A stretch of 64,000 bases of DNA from Nemertoderma westbladi (lineage: Eukaryota > Animalia > Xenacoelomorpha), in NCBI GenBank assembly GCA_032718475.1, contig JAUCBJ010008623.1, positions 1-64,000 on the forward strand. Reading direction: 5' to 3'. Position 1 is the stretch's first letter; the number at the start of each line of letters is the position of its first letter. A program made the position numbers and the translations under genes. Under the pieces are notes generated by a model that saw only the letters and a program-made list of their open reading frames with translations, had not been told where the DNA came from and made no database searches. Positions 50,004-61,899 of this stretch are shown one piece after another.

Positions 50004-50330
50004 GTTCCAGGTGTACCAAAACTCTCGTTGCCTCCTGCTTCTTTCACATTGAGTGCGGCGAAGAGCGAGGCGATCCTGAAACGCTGTCCGACGATGAAAC
50101 CCGGAGCGTTTATGGAGCGTACGAGTCCCCGGTCACCGAGACCGAGTATATTAGACCTGGGTCGTCTGTCTGTCAGCACCCCCAGCAGTGCCGCTCTTAA
50201 TACGCTGACCGTAGACGACCCCATGAATAAGTCTCTGATGACGACATCATTGGGAGGGGGGACATACCGGAGAGCGTCTGCAGTCGAGTTGGCAACAAAA
50301 AGAAGATCACAGGTGTTAGACACCGAATAA
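50004..50330 (+). CDS. LRR receptor gene, terminal exon (Ser/Pro/Arg-rich cytoplasmic tail)
   Basis: Acceptor CGCAG in phase 0, GC-richer coding-like sequence, stop at 50330, AATAAA at about 50348 and 50568. Confidence 0.7.
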   Translation, partial: VPGVPKLSLPPASFTLSAAKSEAILKRCPTMKPGAFMERTSPRSPRPSILDLGRLSVSTPSSAALNTLTVDDPMNKSLMTTSLGGGTYRRASAVELATKRRSQVLDTE

Positions 50331-50877
50331 TATATTTATAGAATTAAAATAAACTTGTTGTTTTGGACATATTTAAGTGAAAATAACTTGGTCATAATGG
50401 ACCAGATATTGTAGATACAATTAACTTGGTCATATAAATGGACCAGTAATTTGTGTATATACTGTATGAAAGAAATTGTAACTTATGTAACTTATGACAT
50501 TTATTTTTTAATTTATTAATATATGATATAAACATATATTTGATGTAATATAGATTTGTTAAATTAAAATAAACTCGACAAACTTCTTATTTGCATTTAT
50601 ACTGTCGACGAAAAAAGCCTACATTATTTATAATTCAGATAAAATAAAAATTTTACTAAACTATCAGACACAGGCACAAAAGTATTCCAACAATAATACA
50701 GTATTACACGTTTAAGTTATAGGTGTTAGGATACGTTTGCAGCCCATTAGTAGCACCTAGCAATATGACCGCGCCGTTTCAGACCACAGGCTAAGACCAA
50801 CGCTCAGACAGAAGGAGCTGGAATGGAGGAGCGCTAACTGCTGTCTCCGCCTGATAAACAGTACACACCCCCCCCCA

Positions 50878-50908
<31 letters not shown>

Positions 50909-51781
50909 AGATAAGTATTTTCTCGGCGCACCAGACAAAGGTGGTGCCGACAAAGGGGAGTAAATTCCACTCTCCGCTGTTCGCAGCGGATTTGTCGAGC
51001 GGGAATACGAAGTCGCAACAGGGTTTGCACTTTATTAAAATTTTAATCCAAAATTATTAATGTATAGAAAATATTCAATAATACTATAAATGCTATAAAT
51101 ACTGTACTATGATGTATAAATACTATAAATACTAGATAATGTTCAATAATTACAATATAATATTGTAATTATATACATTTTTTAACAATTTTTCTTTGGA
51201 CTAATTCGGCACTAAATTTTCCTTTGACAATTTCCAAAACAGGGCAGTGCTCCAACCCCCCCCCCCCCCCCCCCCATATTAAGGGAAACTGTACTGTTTA
51301 CTGTGCCTGTGTTTTCTAAACAAACCAATAAACAAAACTTTATCTCATATGCGACCAATTAATTTGCGCTTGTAACTTTGTTCAATGCGTTCAATGTGCC
51401 CCTTTATATGCTATTCAGTGCTGCCGATGCAGCCTTGACTACATCTGTGGCAGCAGTTGACTCATCCTATAGGCCCATTTGGCTACCGGTAGTTCCTTCC
51501 TTCTGTACTGAATGCGTTGGCCAACCCTGTTATCCCATTCTACGGACGTAAATAAACGGACGACAATATCAGAGTGATACATTTCTTTGCTGACCAGTAC
51601 ATCGCACCTTTTGGAGACCCTAAAAATGGAGTGAATATTCCCTTTGGCAGACCAGTCATGTCGTAGGGAAGATTTTTTGAGAAACTTTCAAACTTGAGAT
51701 AATGGGCATAGGATCGTAAAGGGCCACCGGTTGAATGACCTATGTGAACGTAGTCACATTCGCTCTTGACTGTTCAGTAGG

Positions 51782-52042
51782 GGGACTCTTACACTTTGCC
51801 GTGCCTTTATAGCTATTTTTATACTTATTTTTAATTGATATAATAAAATGATCCACAAATATTTGTTCTAGAACATAATTTCTATATTAAATGAATAGAC
51901 AATATGTTCTAGAACATTCAAACAATAAAGAAACAAAAACTAGCTAGTATAAAAAAATGTATACAAAGATAAAATACAATAAAAAATTAACAAATTAACA
52001 AGTGATAGTAAGTCATAGGTGGCACGGCAAACTGTAAGAGCC
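51782..52042. mobile_element. Short MITE
   Basis: TIRs CTCTTACACTTTGCCGTGCC and GGCACGGCAAACTGTAAGAG; flanking duplication TCAGTAGG. Confidence 0.8.
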
Positions 52043-54821
52043 TCAGTAGGTCTACTAAAACCACTCGTACACCCCTAGCGGATACAGTAGAACCCTTATT
52101 GCCAATATCATTATGTTTCATATTTGATAGGCCTACTTCTCTTGAGTAACGTAGCAATCCCAGTAAACAAGCACCAGAAAGTATCTTTGGGGTGAATCAA
52201 TTAATTTAATATTTTTAATATAAGTTATTATATAGTGATATATTGTTTAATGAATTTGCCCACATCAGTTTCAATATTAACAATGTAAAGACAACATGAA
52301 GCAATAGACATAGAAACTAATAAAATCAACAATAAATATGAGGTTCACCTTTATAGAGTCATATATTTATTAGGCCAACTGTAGATAAATTAATTGACCT
52401 GGAAATTATTTAATACAAAGCGTTTTTTACATAAATCAATGACAATATTATGTAACAAAAACTTTCTTCCAGTAAAAAAAACTATTTAAATTAGGAAATA
52501 GACATTCCTGCTTACATTCCTCTGTATAAATTAAAATGTTAGAGCAGTTGATCCGAACTTACAGTGGTACGTTATTGCAAAAACCAAGCGATAACCGCAC
52601 AATTCTGTGATCAAGCCGATTTGCAACACCTCTGTATGGTTGGTTTTATTTCATAATTCTAACATTACGAGATAGTTACTGCTGGAGAACATCATATGAT
52701 TATATTGTGACTAAAAAATATCTAATCGAGGAAAAATGTCTTATCAGTAATTTTGGATTAAATTACTATTTTATTATACGCATAACGAATATGTTTTTTT
52801 TCCTTCTAACTGTGAGATGTACAAATTGCCGATCGAACGAGGTTATAAATACACATCAAAGTTAAAATGGAATAATATTAAAACATGGGAAAAAAGTTTA
52901 ACATTCTTTCCACTATTCTTTTAAAGGTTAATAAATGGTCGAGAGAATTATAAAAAAATAATGTCTACGTTTTTTTCCCATGTTATACGTATTTTATTAT
53001 GGTACTTTTTTGTTGCTAAATTCTTTAATAAGATAGACCAATGCAATTTAAATTACCGTACTCTTCAACTCCTGGTGCTGCCTTACTCAATGTTAAATAA
53101 TTTAGTGTTCTGGAATATTTATTACGTAACTAGAGAGCCGCTTAACAACATAAACCAATATTGGATATTGAGTTCCGTTTTGGAGTTCGCCGCACAGACA
53201 CTAAAGTTGCAATAACTTTTGAGTGTTTGAATGGATTTTACTCAAATTACGTGCGCAAACCTTTTCTACTTCGATACTCTTTCAACACATGTAATCAAAT
53301 TCAAGAAATTCCACCAAGAATATTTTAAACTTTTTTTTCGCCGGGAAAAAAGTAAAATCAATTCAATCCTGTGGGATACATTTTTCCCTATGGAAACAGT
53401 ATCCCTCTCTCCCGAATTCGGGATATATTAGAGCGAAAAAGAAACAATTTATGAATAAATATATAGTTGTATTCCATCCTCGATGTTACGTGTTGCCTGT
53501 GTGGAGGAACCGTTTCGACTGGACTAATTCGGTTATATTAATATTAATAAATGAACTTGATTGAGATGATTAATTAGGAAATTTTCACATAATACTGTAT
53601 TTTAATACTGGTTAATATAACCACTAAACTTTCGATAAAACTATAACTATAACAATTTTTAACAAAGCACAGTATTTTTAATTTATAACATGTTAAAACA
53701 ATTAAATCAACACAGCCCACCTATAATTTTTTTACATATTAGGCCTATATATATTACACCAAGGTATTTGCAATTGCAAAAGTGAAATTTATTCTACAAA
53801 CTTTTCAGTAACTTAGTCGCAACACTTAAAAAGTAACCCGTTTTAATCGATTATCTCAGAATACGATAACCAAAATAACGAATGTTTAAGTGATTCTTAA
53901 AAATTATTTTTCTAAATATTTTTCGAGATTCATTTTCTCTGGAAAAAATCTAAATAAAGGCAATTAATAAATCTTTTCAATAAATTACATAAAATTGTAG
54001 TTGTATAAATAGCGTTGATGGCGTTTTTTAAGCGCTTAAAATATATTTGTTTGGCTTTACAATATAGTCTATGTATATAGTCCACATGTGTCACACATAG
54101 TGTACATATTACATGTATGTAGTCCATGTTAAAAAGCAGACTTACGAGTAGCAAATAAAATTTAATGATTGACAGATATACTGTGAGAGTGGAATATAGA
54201 ATAGCATAAATTTCATAAACTATAATATTCAAAATAAATGTTTCATTATCTCATTAGCCAAGTGGTTTACACATACACATTAATTACAGGATAAATATAT
54301 AATATTAATATCGGTGTATATATTTAACGTGTCATAAAGATAATTTACTGACACCTATAGAGTGCATGGATAACGAAAAATTGCCACAACAGATAAAAAT
54401 GTGACATAAATAACAATAATTTCATTACACAAATCTATTTATTACATAGAAAAAAATTAATTATGAATGTGGGAATCTGTTATTCATATAGGGGAGTTAG
54501 TTCATGACCACGGGTGATCTTCCAGAGTAAAGAGTTACGTTACTTAACCAGTGAAGGATGAAAGCCTGGATGGAGCTATGCTACAGCGATCACGAATCGT
54601 ACTGACGCTTACGGAATGGGAGCTCCCCGAAGTCACCCCTAGGCTTATTTAAATTATTGAATCTCAAACATAGAGCAAAAGTGGGAAAGTTGTGAAGTAA
54701 TAAATTTATCAATACTAATTATTATTATTATGTTTTTACATATTAATAAAAAAACAGCGACCATTGAACATATTATTTATTCTTTAGAGACTTCGGTAAT
54801 ACACCAATAGATGGTGCTGCT

Positions 54822-55042
54822 CTATCTTCTTCGCTTTTTCCCCCTTCGGCCGCAGGTTAGCAAGGAGATAAAGGCCTCCCTGAAATCTGGATTAGCGTAC
54901 GCATAACAGAAGGGATTGACCGTTGAGTTTAGGTAACACAAGGAGTAACTGAAGTTATACAGATGGGGGTTTAAACATTCGTCGCAGAAAGACTTGATGA
55001 TTACAAAAGTACTAAATGGTGTCCAGCATATGATAAAAGCAC
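54822..55042 (-). CDS. Muscarinic-like class A GPCR, last exon (TM6-TM7-helix 8)
   Basis: [32 protein letters not shown]; acceptor CCTTAG in phase 1. Confidence 0.9.
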
Positions 55043-55689
55043 CTAAGGAAAACAATAAATAAGACATAATTTAAAAATAATATATTGAAATCGCCTCAAA
55101 ATTGTATACTTATATTTATATTTTAAATAATTTAATATAGTTCGTCTAATTTAAGAATTTCTAGCTGTAAGAATACTTTTTCAGTCTTTTTTTAGTAGGC
55201 CTACAAAATATACCGGTAGTACCTTATGCGGCGGATGAATTTATACGGCGGTTGAGAATTGTTTTTACGGTGGGAAGGATAACACTAGCGTCCATATAGG
55301 ACCACTAGTACACACTGGTTCTACTGTATATCAACCACCGACCATTATCTTTCAGTTCACTGGCGCTCTGTACCGGTGCAACAGTATGTCTAGTGTACAC
55401 TATGTACACGTACACGTCTATGTACAGTACACAGTATACCGTAGATAATCAGAGGCCTTTGTGTTTGTAGTCAGTCCTTCCACAGTGTGTGTAAACAGTA
55501 TGTTAACGACATTCAGAAATATTCAGTACGGTGCGAGTAGGCCTAAGCAAAACTGTTATAAACTAGAATCACTCCATGAAGATGTTGGTGGCGGGTACTG
55601 CTACTGCACTATTCTTAAAAATCGCTCATTTACGTTCTCTCATATTCACAGTCAGCTGGTGGAGGGGTTTTTATGTTTCAAGTAAAATG

Positions 55690-56100
55690 CACACATCTCC
55701 AACCAGACACTATATAACATTGGAGGTGTAGGCCTATCATTGGTGGCCAAGATTGCCACTTGGATAAAGCCGCCTCCGCTTTGCAGGACATTGTTTCAGC
55801 CTGTGCACAATCTAGTGCTTTTGCACCCCCATGGAGAAAATAAGAATGGCGGACAACCCATGACTTTCGGAGAAGCCTCTTGAAAGACACTGAAAGACAC
55901 CTTGCACATGGGTATAATCTAGCGAAAGTCATGGGGGATATGTGGTTGTGGAGGTTCAACTTTGTTGATAAGCCGGCATAGCGTTCTTTATGCACGCTGC
56001 ATTGGGCTTGTCAATTGTGGTTTGCGTGGTGGTTGCAAAATATTTTTGTTAAGCTGGCATAGCATCTCAATGTGCAGTTTCAATGCAGCAGGCCGATTAT
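55690..56100 (+). mobile_element. Diverged RTE 3' fragment
   Basis: CGCCTCCGCTTTGCAGGACATTG and CAATGCAGCAGGCCGAT match the 44.1 kb copy. Confidence 0.75.
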
Positions 56101-57860
56101 AAATAGACAAATTTGTTCTCTATAAATTTGATACTGTATTTTATAAACCAGTTGAATGTTGCAGTTAAATTATATATGGCATGTCAATCACTCATTCGCA
56201 TAATAATTTTGTGCAATAATTGCATTAAACGTTACAACTAACAGCAGATGTTGGGTAACCAACAGACAATAGACAGTATTTTGGAAGCATAGTAACAATC
56301 AATTATGATTCATATACTAGTGTTTGGGTCCCGTATTGTTTATTGCATTTGGTTCCAATAATAGACGAGTGGATCTCATTACAGTTAGTGGTGAGCTTGA
56401 GAAAATGCTAAACCGTCATCAGCCTGTAATTGTCTAAAGACATGCAATAATTGTAGTCTGAACAGTGTTGAAATTTGTACAAACTGCAATATTAAAAAGT
56501 AAATATTTGTAGATTGAATATGAACGAGATTTAGTATTAAAAGTCTGCCAATGTCAATGAACTTTGCTTGAATTTGGAAAGAGATACAATAATAATGTCC
56601 AATTTGGAATGAATTCCGTGACCATGCCGCAAATATAGAAAGCGTAGCTACTAAAATGCATCCAGAACATATTACATCGATTTCAGTGAATGATCTTGGC
56701 CGTTTGCATTGTAGTGTTACTAGTAAATTATTCACCCATGTGAATGATGAATAATAGTGTAGCTCATTTCTCCATATGGAAATTGAGTCCCATTGTAAAT
56801 GTGCGACTTTATCCAACCCGATTTAGTGTGAACAATCAATACGACTGCGGCGCTATTAACTATTGTACCCGGTTAATAAACGATAAACCCTAGCTATAGC
56901 GACGGCATTGTATTACGGCCAGCATTAATTCGGGCTGTCAGATCAAAAAGAATATGATTTAACACCAGCTGAGTTTTGATTCCCAATATGTCGAGATTAA
57001 TATATCTAGAATTAATAACCCGAACCCGCGTTCCCGCCCCCCCTACACCCCTGTTGTGAAGGCAACCAGCGCAGCGATGCTCATTATTTCGGATCATCTG
57101 TTCTGTTGCGCCATATTTCCGGAGTTAGGTGTTCATTACTACTGTATAAATGGCCACGCTTTACTTGTAAATGTCTTTTCATTCTGAGATTTACGTCATA
57201 TTAATACGGTAGTGTTGCATGGCTGTAGGGAATTAATTGTTAATTCGTCTGTGAATCAACATTACCTGCTTACATTCATTAGCTATTGTTAAATTTGACT
57301 TTGGCCATCTTTAGGATTGGAATAATTATTAGAGTTGACGATAATTATTACAGACGTAAATGTGGGGGCAGAGACCCGGTCTCACAAAAATTAATTTATG
57401 AAAGCGAAAAAATAAAGAAAATGGTGGAGCCGGTCATGTAATTTTACATGATAATCATCAAATCTGAGTTGGTCTCACTAAGGGGACGTTGTGTTGTTGA
57501 AGTAGAATCTTCGCTTTCTGAATCATACGATCATACAATTATGTCTATTTTGTTGTGCTGTTGATGCACCAGGTTAGTAAATAAGAAAATAGTATTTGAG
57601 TTGAGAAAACCCGGCATGAACCTAAGTATAACGCCTATTTGTTTTATCTAAACTAAACGCTTATAATTTAATACAAATTTTAGTGCTACAAGATGGAACT
57701 TAATTCACATATTCACATTAACTTAGTTCACATAATTACAGTAGTACTTTTGCATTTTTAAATGCTAGAACGTTAAAACAATAAAGTAAGAGAGTTGACC
57801 ACCCCAGAATTTCTACATATTAAATGCTCATAAAGCACAATATTGATTAGTAAAGTTTCT

Positions 57861-57951
57861 GTCGTAGGTTTATTGGTTGTCGTAGGTTTATTGGTTGTCG
57901 TAGGTTTATTGGTTGTCGTAGGTTTATTGGTTGTCGTAGGTTTATTGGTTG
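57861..57951. repeat. 18-bp minisatellite (GTCGTAGGTTTATTGGTT), left block
   Basis: Five tandem units. Confidence 0.9.
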
Positions 57952-58193
57952 TTGATAGTAACAATGTGTTGGCAAGCTGTATTTTTCGAGGTGTTTGTTA
58001 TTATACATTTATTACAAGAAGGGATCTAGGGGTCTTAACCTCGAATGATAAGTTTATTTTACCGAAAATAACTTATCTTTTATTGGCGCAATTGTAGGAC
58101 TAATCCCATCACATGCGTACTTTTTAACCGGGTAGTGTACAAATTTAGGAATCGCGTAATTTTTCTTGAAATTAATATCTCATATCTCTCCAA

Positions 58194-58236
58194 ACCACGT
58201 ACGCGTTTCGACCTTACTGGGTCTCATCAGCGTGGT
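58194..58236 (-). ncRNA. Type I hammerhead ribozyme, copy 1
   Basis: ACCACG-CUGAUGA-GACC(cagtaa)GGUC-GAAA-CGCG-UA-CGUGGU: all core nucleotides present, stems I and II perfect, predicted cleavage after GUA at 58200. Confidence 0.92.
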
Positions 58237-58237
58237 G

Positions 58238-58298
58238 TCGGATTCGAACCTGGGACCTCGAGGCGGAAGCCGAGACTACAACCACTAGGCCACAGGTT
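58238..58298 (-). other. tRNA-derived Pol III head, copy 1
   Basis: TGGCCTAGTGG (A box) and GGTTCGAATCC (B box); acceptor stem not intact. Confidence 0.8.
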
Positions 58299-58605
58299 CT
58301 TGAGATATGGAGTATTAATTTCAAAGACAGCTGCCATTTTATTAGCCCCTGATTTTTTGATTATTGATAGTAACAATGTGTTGGCAAGCTGTATTTTTCG
58401 AGGTGTTTGTTATTATACATTTATTATAAGAAGGGATCTAGGGGTCTTAACCTCGAATGATAAGTTTATTTTACCGAAAATAACTTATCTTTTATTGGCG
58501 CAATTGTAGGACTAATCCCATCACATGCGTACTTTTTAACCGGGTAGTGTACAAATTTAGGAATCGCGTAATTTTTCTTGAAATTAATATCTCATATCTC
58601 TCCAA

Positions 58606-58648
58606 ACCACGTACGCGTTTCGACCTTACTGGGTCTCATCAGCGTGGT
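58606..58648 (-). ncRNA. Type I hammerhead ribozyme, copy 2
   Basis: Identical to copy 1, offset by 412 bp. Confidence 0.92.
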
Positions 58649-58649
58649 G

Positions 58650-58710
58650 TCGGATTCGAACCTGGGACCTCGAGGCGGAAGCCGAGACTACAACCACTAG
58701 GCCACAGGTT
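58650..58710 (-). other. tRNA-derived Pol III head, copy 2
   Basis: Identical to copy 1. Confidence 0.8.
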
Positions 58711-58799
58711 CTTGAGATATGGAGTATTAATTTCAAAGACAGCTGCCATTTTATTAGCCCCTGATTTTTTGATTATTGATATTTCTATTAGCCCCTGAT

Positions 58800-58948
58800 T
58801 GGTTATTGGTTATTGGTTGTCGTAGGTTTATTGGTTGTCGTAGGTTTATTGGTTGTCGTAGGTTTATTAGTTGTCGTAGGTTTATTGGTTGTCGTAGGTT
58901 TATGGGTTGTCGTAGGTTTATTGGTTGTCGTAGGTTTATTGGTTGTCG
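58800..58948. repeat. 18-bp minisatellite, right block
   Basis: About seven units of GTCGTAGGTTTATTGGTT. Confidence 0.9.
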
Positions 58949-59701
58949 ATGTTTTACCACAAAAGCAGCAATTATTTTCCGGATTCATAAGCTGCATTCC
59001 CTAACTATATACAAAAGTTCAAGATCAGGTAAAGAAAAGAAGTAAAGTTTCTTATCATTTTTCCTTTCGTAGTTGGAGGAATTTATTTATTATTTGTTCA
59101 ATGAAAACTTTTGGATGACTCTCTAATATACTGTATATTCACTTAAAATGTATTACATTTGGTAAAGTCATGTGCTAAAGCAAGTAGTTTTTTATTAACG
59201 ATATGTTATGTAATACGTAGTGTTGGTTGTAAAATTACAGATAGGATTTGTTACAAATTTCCAATAAATGGTGCACTTGCTGCCGTAATTAAATATATCT
59301 GTGTTTGCCAACCCCCCCCCCCCCCCCCCCCCCCCCTGGGCTGTGATGTCTGTGATAAACATTAAAAAACCGTTGGTGAAAAACACTTGTAACTTGTAAT
59401 AATGGAATATCTAATACCGTCGAAGATTTTGTTGTATTCTCGGTGATGATAAGCGTGTTGGTAAAGCCTTGAACTCGTAAAGTTTTATATCATATACAAA
59501 TTATACATTTGTAAATGTATGTAAATATATACCAATTTTACCAATTTTATACAATTTATATATACTGTACAATTTTATAAAAGTTTTCTAATTGTGATTG
59601 AAAATTTTTTATACAATTTACATGACAATTTAAATATAGATTAGAGAATTACCCGGCATTATTGGGGCGAAGTTTTTAAAAATAAAACTCATGAAACTAA
59701 C

Positions 59702-60627
59702 CCAGAACCAAAGTAAGTGTTTGGGTCGCCCTCTTCTCTCTTTTCGATTGAGTTCTCTTCCTGTTGGCTGCGCTTGTTGCAGCGGCGTTTATGGATGGAC
59801 TCGGTTGCTGAGACAACTGCGCAGTTTCCACAGGAATGACTTGGAGTTCATGATCCTCCCAGTTATCCACAGAAACACCTTCATCCTCCTCTTCTTCTAC
59901 AGTAGATGGGGATCTTTCTTTTATCCTGAACGACGGCCATGTTATTCTAGATCTTTTGATTGAACTTTTGAGGCCAGATGCATTTTCGTCTGCTACAGAT
60001 TTATCAAAATTATATTCTACAGCGTGAATGTCAACATCCGCTTCGTGATTCTTCACTGTTTCCTCCGTGTCATTGTCAGGGTTTCGGCTCTTCAAGTTGT
60101 TATGCTTCTCTTCGAATCCGCTACTGGATGTGTTTATTGTGATAGACGGTAATACCGCTTCAACGATGTTTGGCTCTCGCGATACCTGCGTTGTAATTGT
60201 ACCGGGTGGCGATGAACTTGTGTCAGATATTCCACGACGAATCAACGCAACCTCTGCATATTGACCCCCAATACCACCGATCTGTGTAGTGCATTGATGT
60301 AGAGCTGCTATAGTCGATTTTTTACCCCTGACTTTGCGTTTTATTCTTCTAGCAATAGCGAATATCTTGTAGTAGATCACTAGTATTATCGGTAGCGGTA
60401 TCCAGTACACAAATACCGCTACTGCTGTTGTCACATAAGGGTTGTCGTTGTACTGGGTGTAGCAATCAGTCTCACTTACGGTTCTCATACCCACGAAATA
60501 TGGCCACCCTATGATTACAACAGAGAAGGTCACCAATGCCGTTATCCATGTTCCTATTATTGTGATAACCGCTATGGTTTTGTTCATGTTGTTTCGGTAG
60601 GAAACCGTGTTGCTAACACTCCAATAC
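59702..60627 (-). CDS. Muscarinic-like class A GPCR, exon from (D)RY through TM4, TM5, long ICL3 and start of TM6
   Basis: R|YWSVS..V.YR, W in TM4, GWPYFVGMRTV..DCYTQ, YWIP..I...IY.KI, REKRA.QTL; acceptor TTTCAG; donor G|GTTAGT joins in frame to the last exon. Confidence 0.9.
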
Positions 60628-61899
60628 CTGAAACAAAGTCGAGTAGTAATTACACATTGTGAAACATGGACAAAATTATGATTATTAGTAAATAATAATT
60701 TATTTGATATATATTGGACTTACACCAACTCTTCCATTATTTCGTTTTTTTTTATCTAAATAAAGAGTTTTGATCACCTTTGAAGTGTTTAAAGAATGAT
60801 ATATCAATTTTCACTTGCAGTTAATATAAAGTTAAAATTATACAGATTGTATTTATTTGATAGATGACAAAATAGGGGATGGGGCATTTTGTTGTTATAG
60901 ATCAATATCCTGACATCAGAACTGTAATCGGATCTATTTTTGTTTAATTTCCACTAATGAAATTTACTTCTCTTATCTTTAATTATCCCATGGCTTCGTA
61001 ATTTCCAATAATAGGAATTGACGTTAAGTAATATAAGTAACCAACTCTTTGGTAATAAATACTCTTGCAAATAATTCCAGTGGAAGTAAAGGGAAAATGG
61101 GTAAATTACTTCTCTGTAGGAAAGTAGTGGGATGTACCTGTTTGTTGGCCAAACTGCAGCCTAGTTGGTGAACTAATCAACGGCCAAGCAGATAATCAGT
61201 TTTTAATCCTTTGGCTGCTGTTCCTCGGCTCGGGGCAGCGCCTTGTTCCCCGGGTTCCAGGACATTTCTTTTACAATCAGTTGTAATTTAACTAATTTGC
61301 GAAACCTAATTTAGTTTCTGTTCAAAGAGAATAGCTAATTTTCGAGTATGTTTTTATTCTCTCACACTAATCAACTATTGTCTGGTTCTCTTTCACCAAA
61401 TGGATGTGAGAAGAGATGACAGAGAGGTCCGTATATACACCACTCCGAATTTTCTATTTCTCAATTCCTAAAACGAGCTAAGGGTTTAACTTGGCGAGAA
61501 TTCCATTTTAGCGAATCAATAATATGACGTTTCTGGGTTTTATGATAAAATAAGTGAAAGGAGCAGTTTACAGTGACACATATACCAACCAACATACTAA
61601 AATAATTATTTTGATTATAGTCGAAATTGACTTTCCTTTCACTTTCGATGTTAGATAAAGTTAATATCAAAATGTATCAATAATGATGTATTATCGTAGT
61701 TTTATATTATTTTATAAGTTGGTTGGATGCCATAGTCTTGGATCTATTAATTTTCGATACCTTATATGTAAATACACCAATATACCGGTAGTAAATATAA
61801 TTATCGGAATAAAATAAATACCATTAAAAAATCAAACATTTGTCTAAAACTCGTTTCATATCAGTTAGTATATAAGTCGATCTGGGGGTCTGCTAATTC

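Larger units (their letters stand above)
57952..58775 (-). mobile_element. 412-bp tandem repeat (2 copies): tRNA-derived head plus hammerhead ribozyme (retrozyme/SINE-like)
   Basis: Units 57952-58363 and 58364-58775 are near-identical; each has A/B boxes followed by a hammerhead core on the minus strand. Confidence 0.85.

Noticed and set aside
56385-56816. 143-aa minus-strand ORF in the GPCR intron
   Set aside because: No recognisable motifs, and the flanking GPCR exons already join in frame.
57773-59045. TTTNKP and VVVGLL repeat ORFs, and 58135-58509
   Set aside because: Translations of the 18-bp minisatellite and the non-coding 412-bp repeat.
61210-61262. TCCTCG as an HDV-like ribozyme L3 (also about 26027)
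   Set aside because: Could not assemble P1, P1.1, P3 and P2 in the required order.
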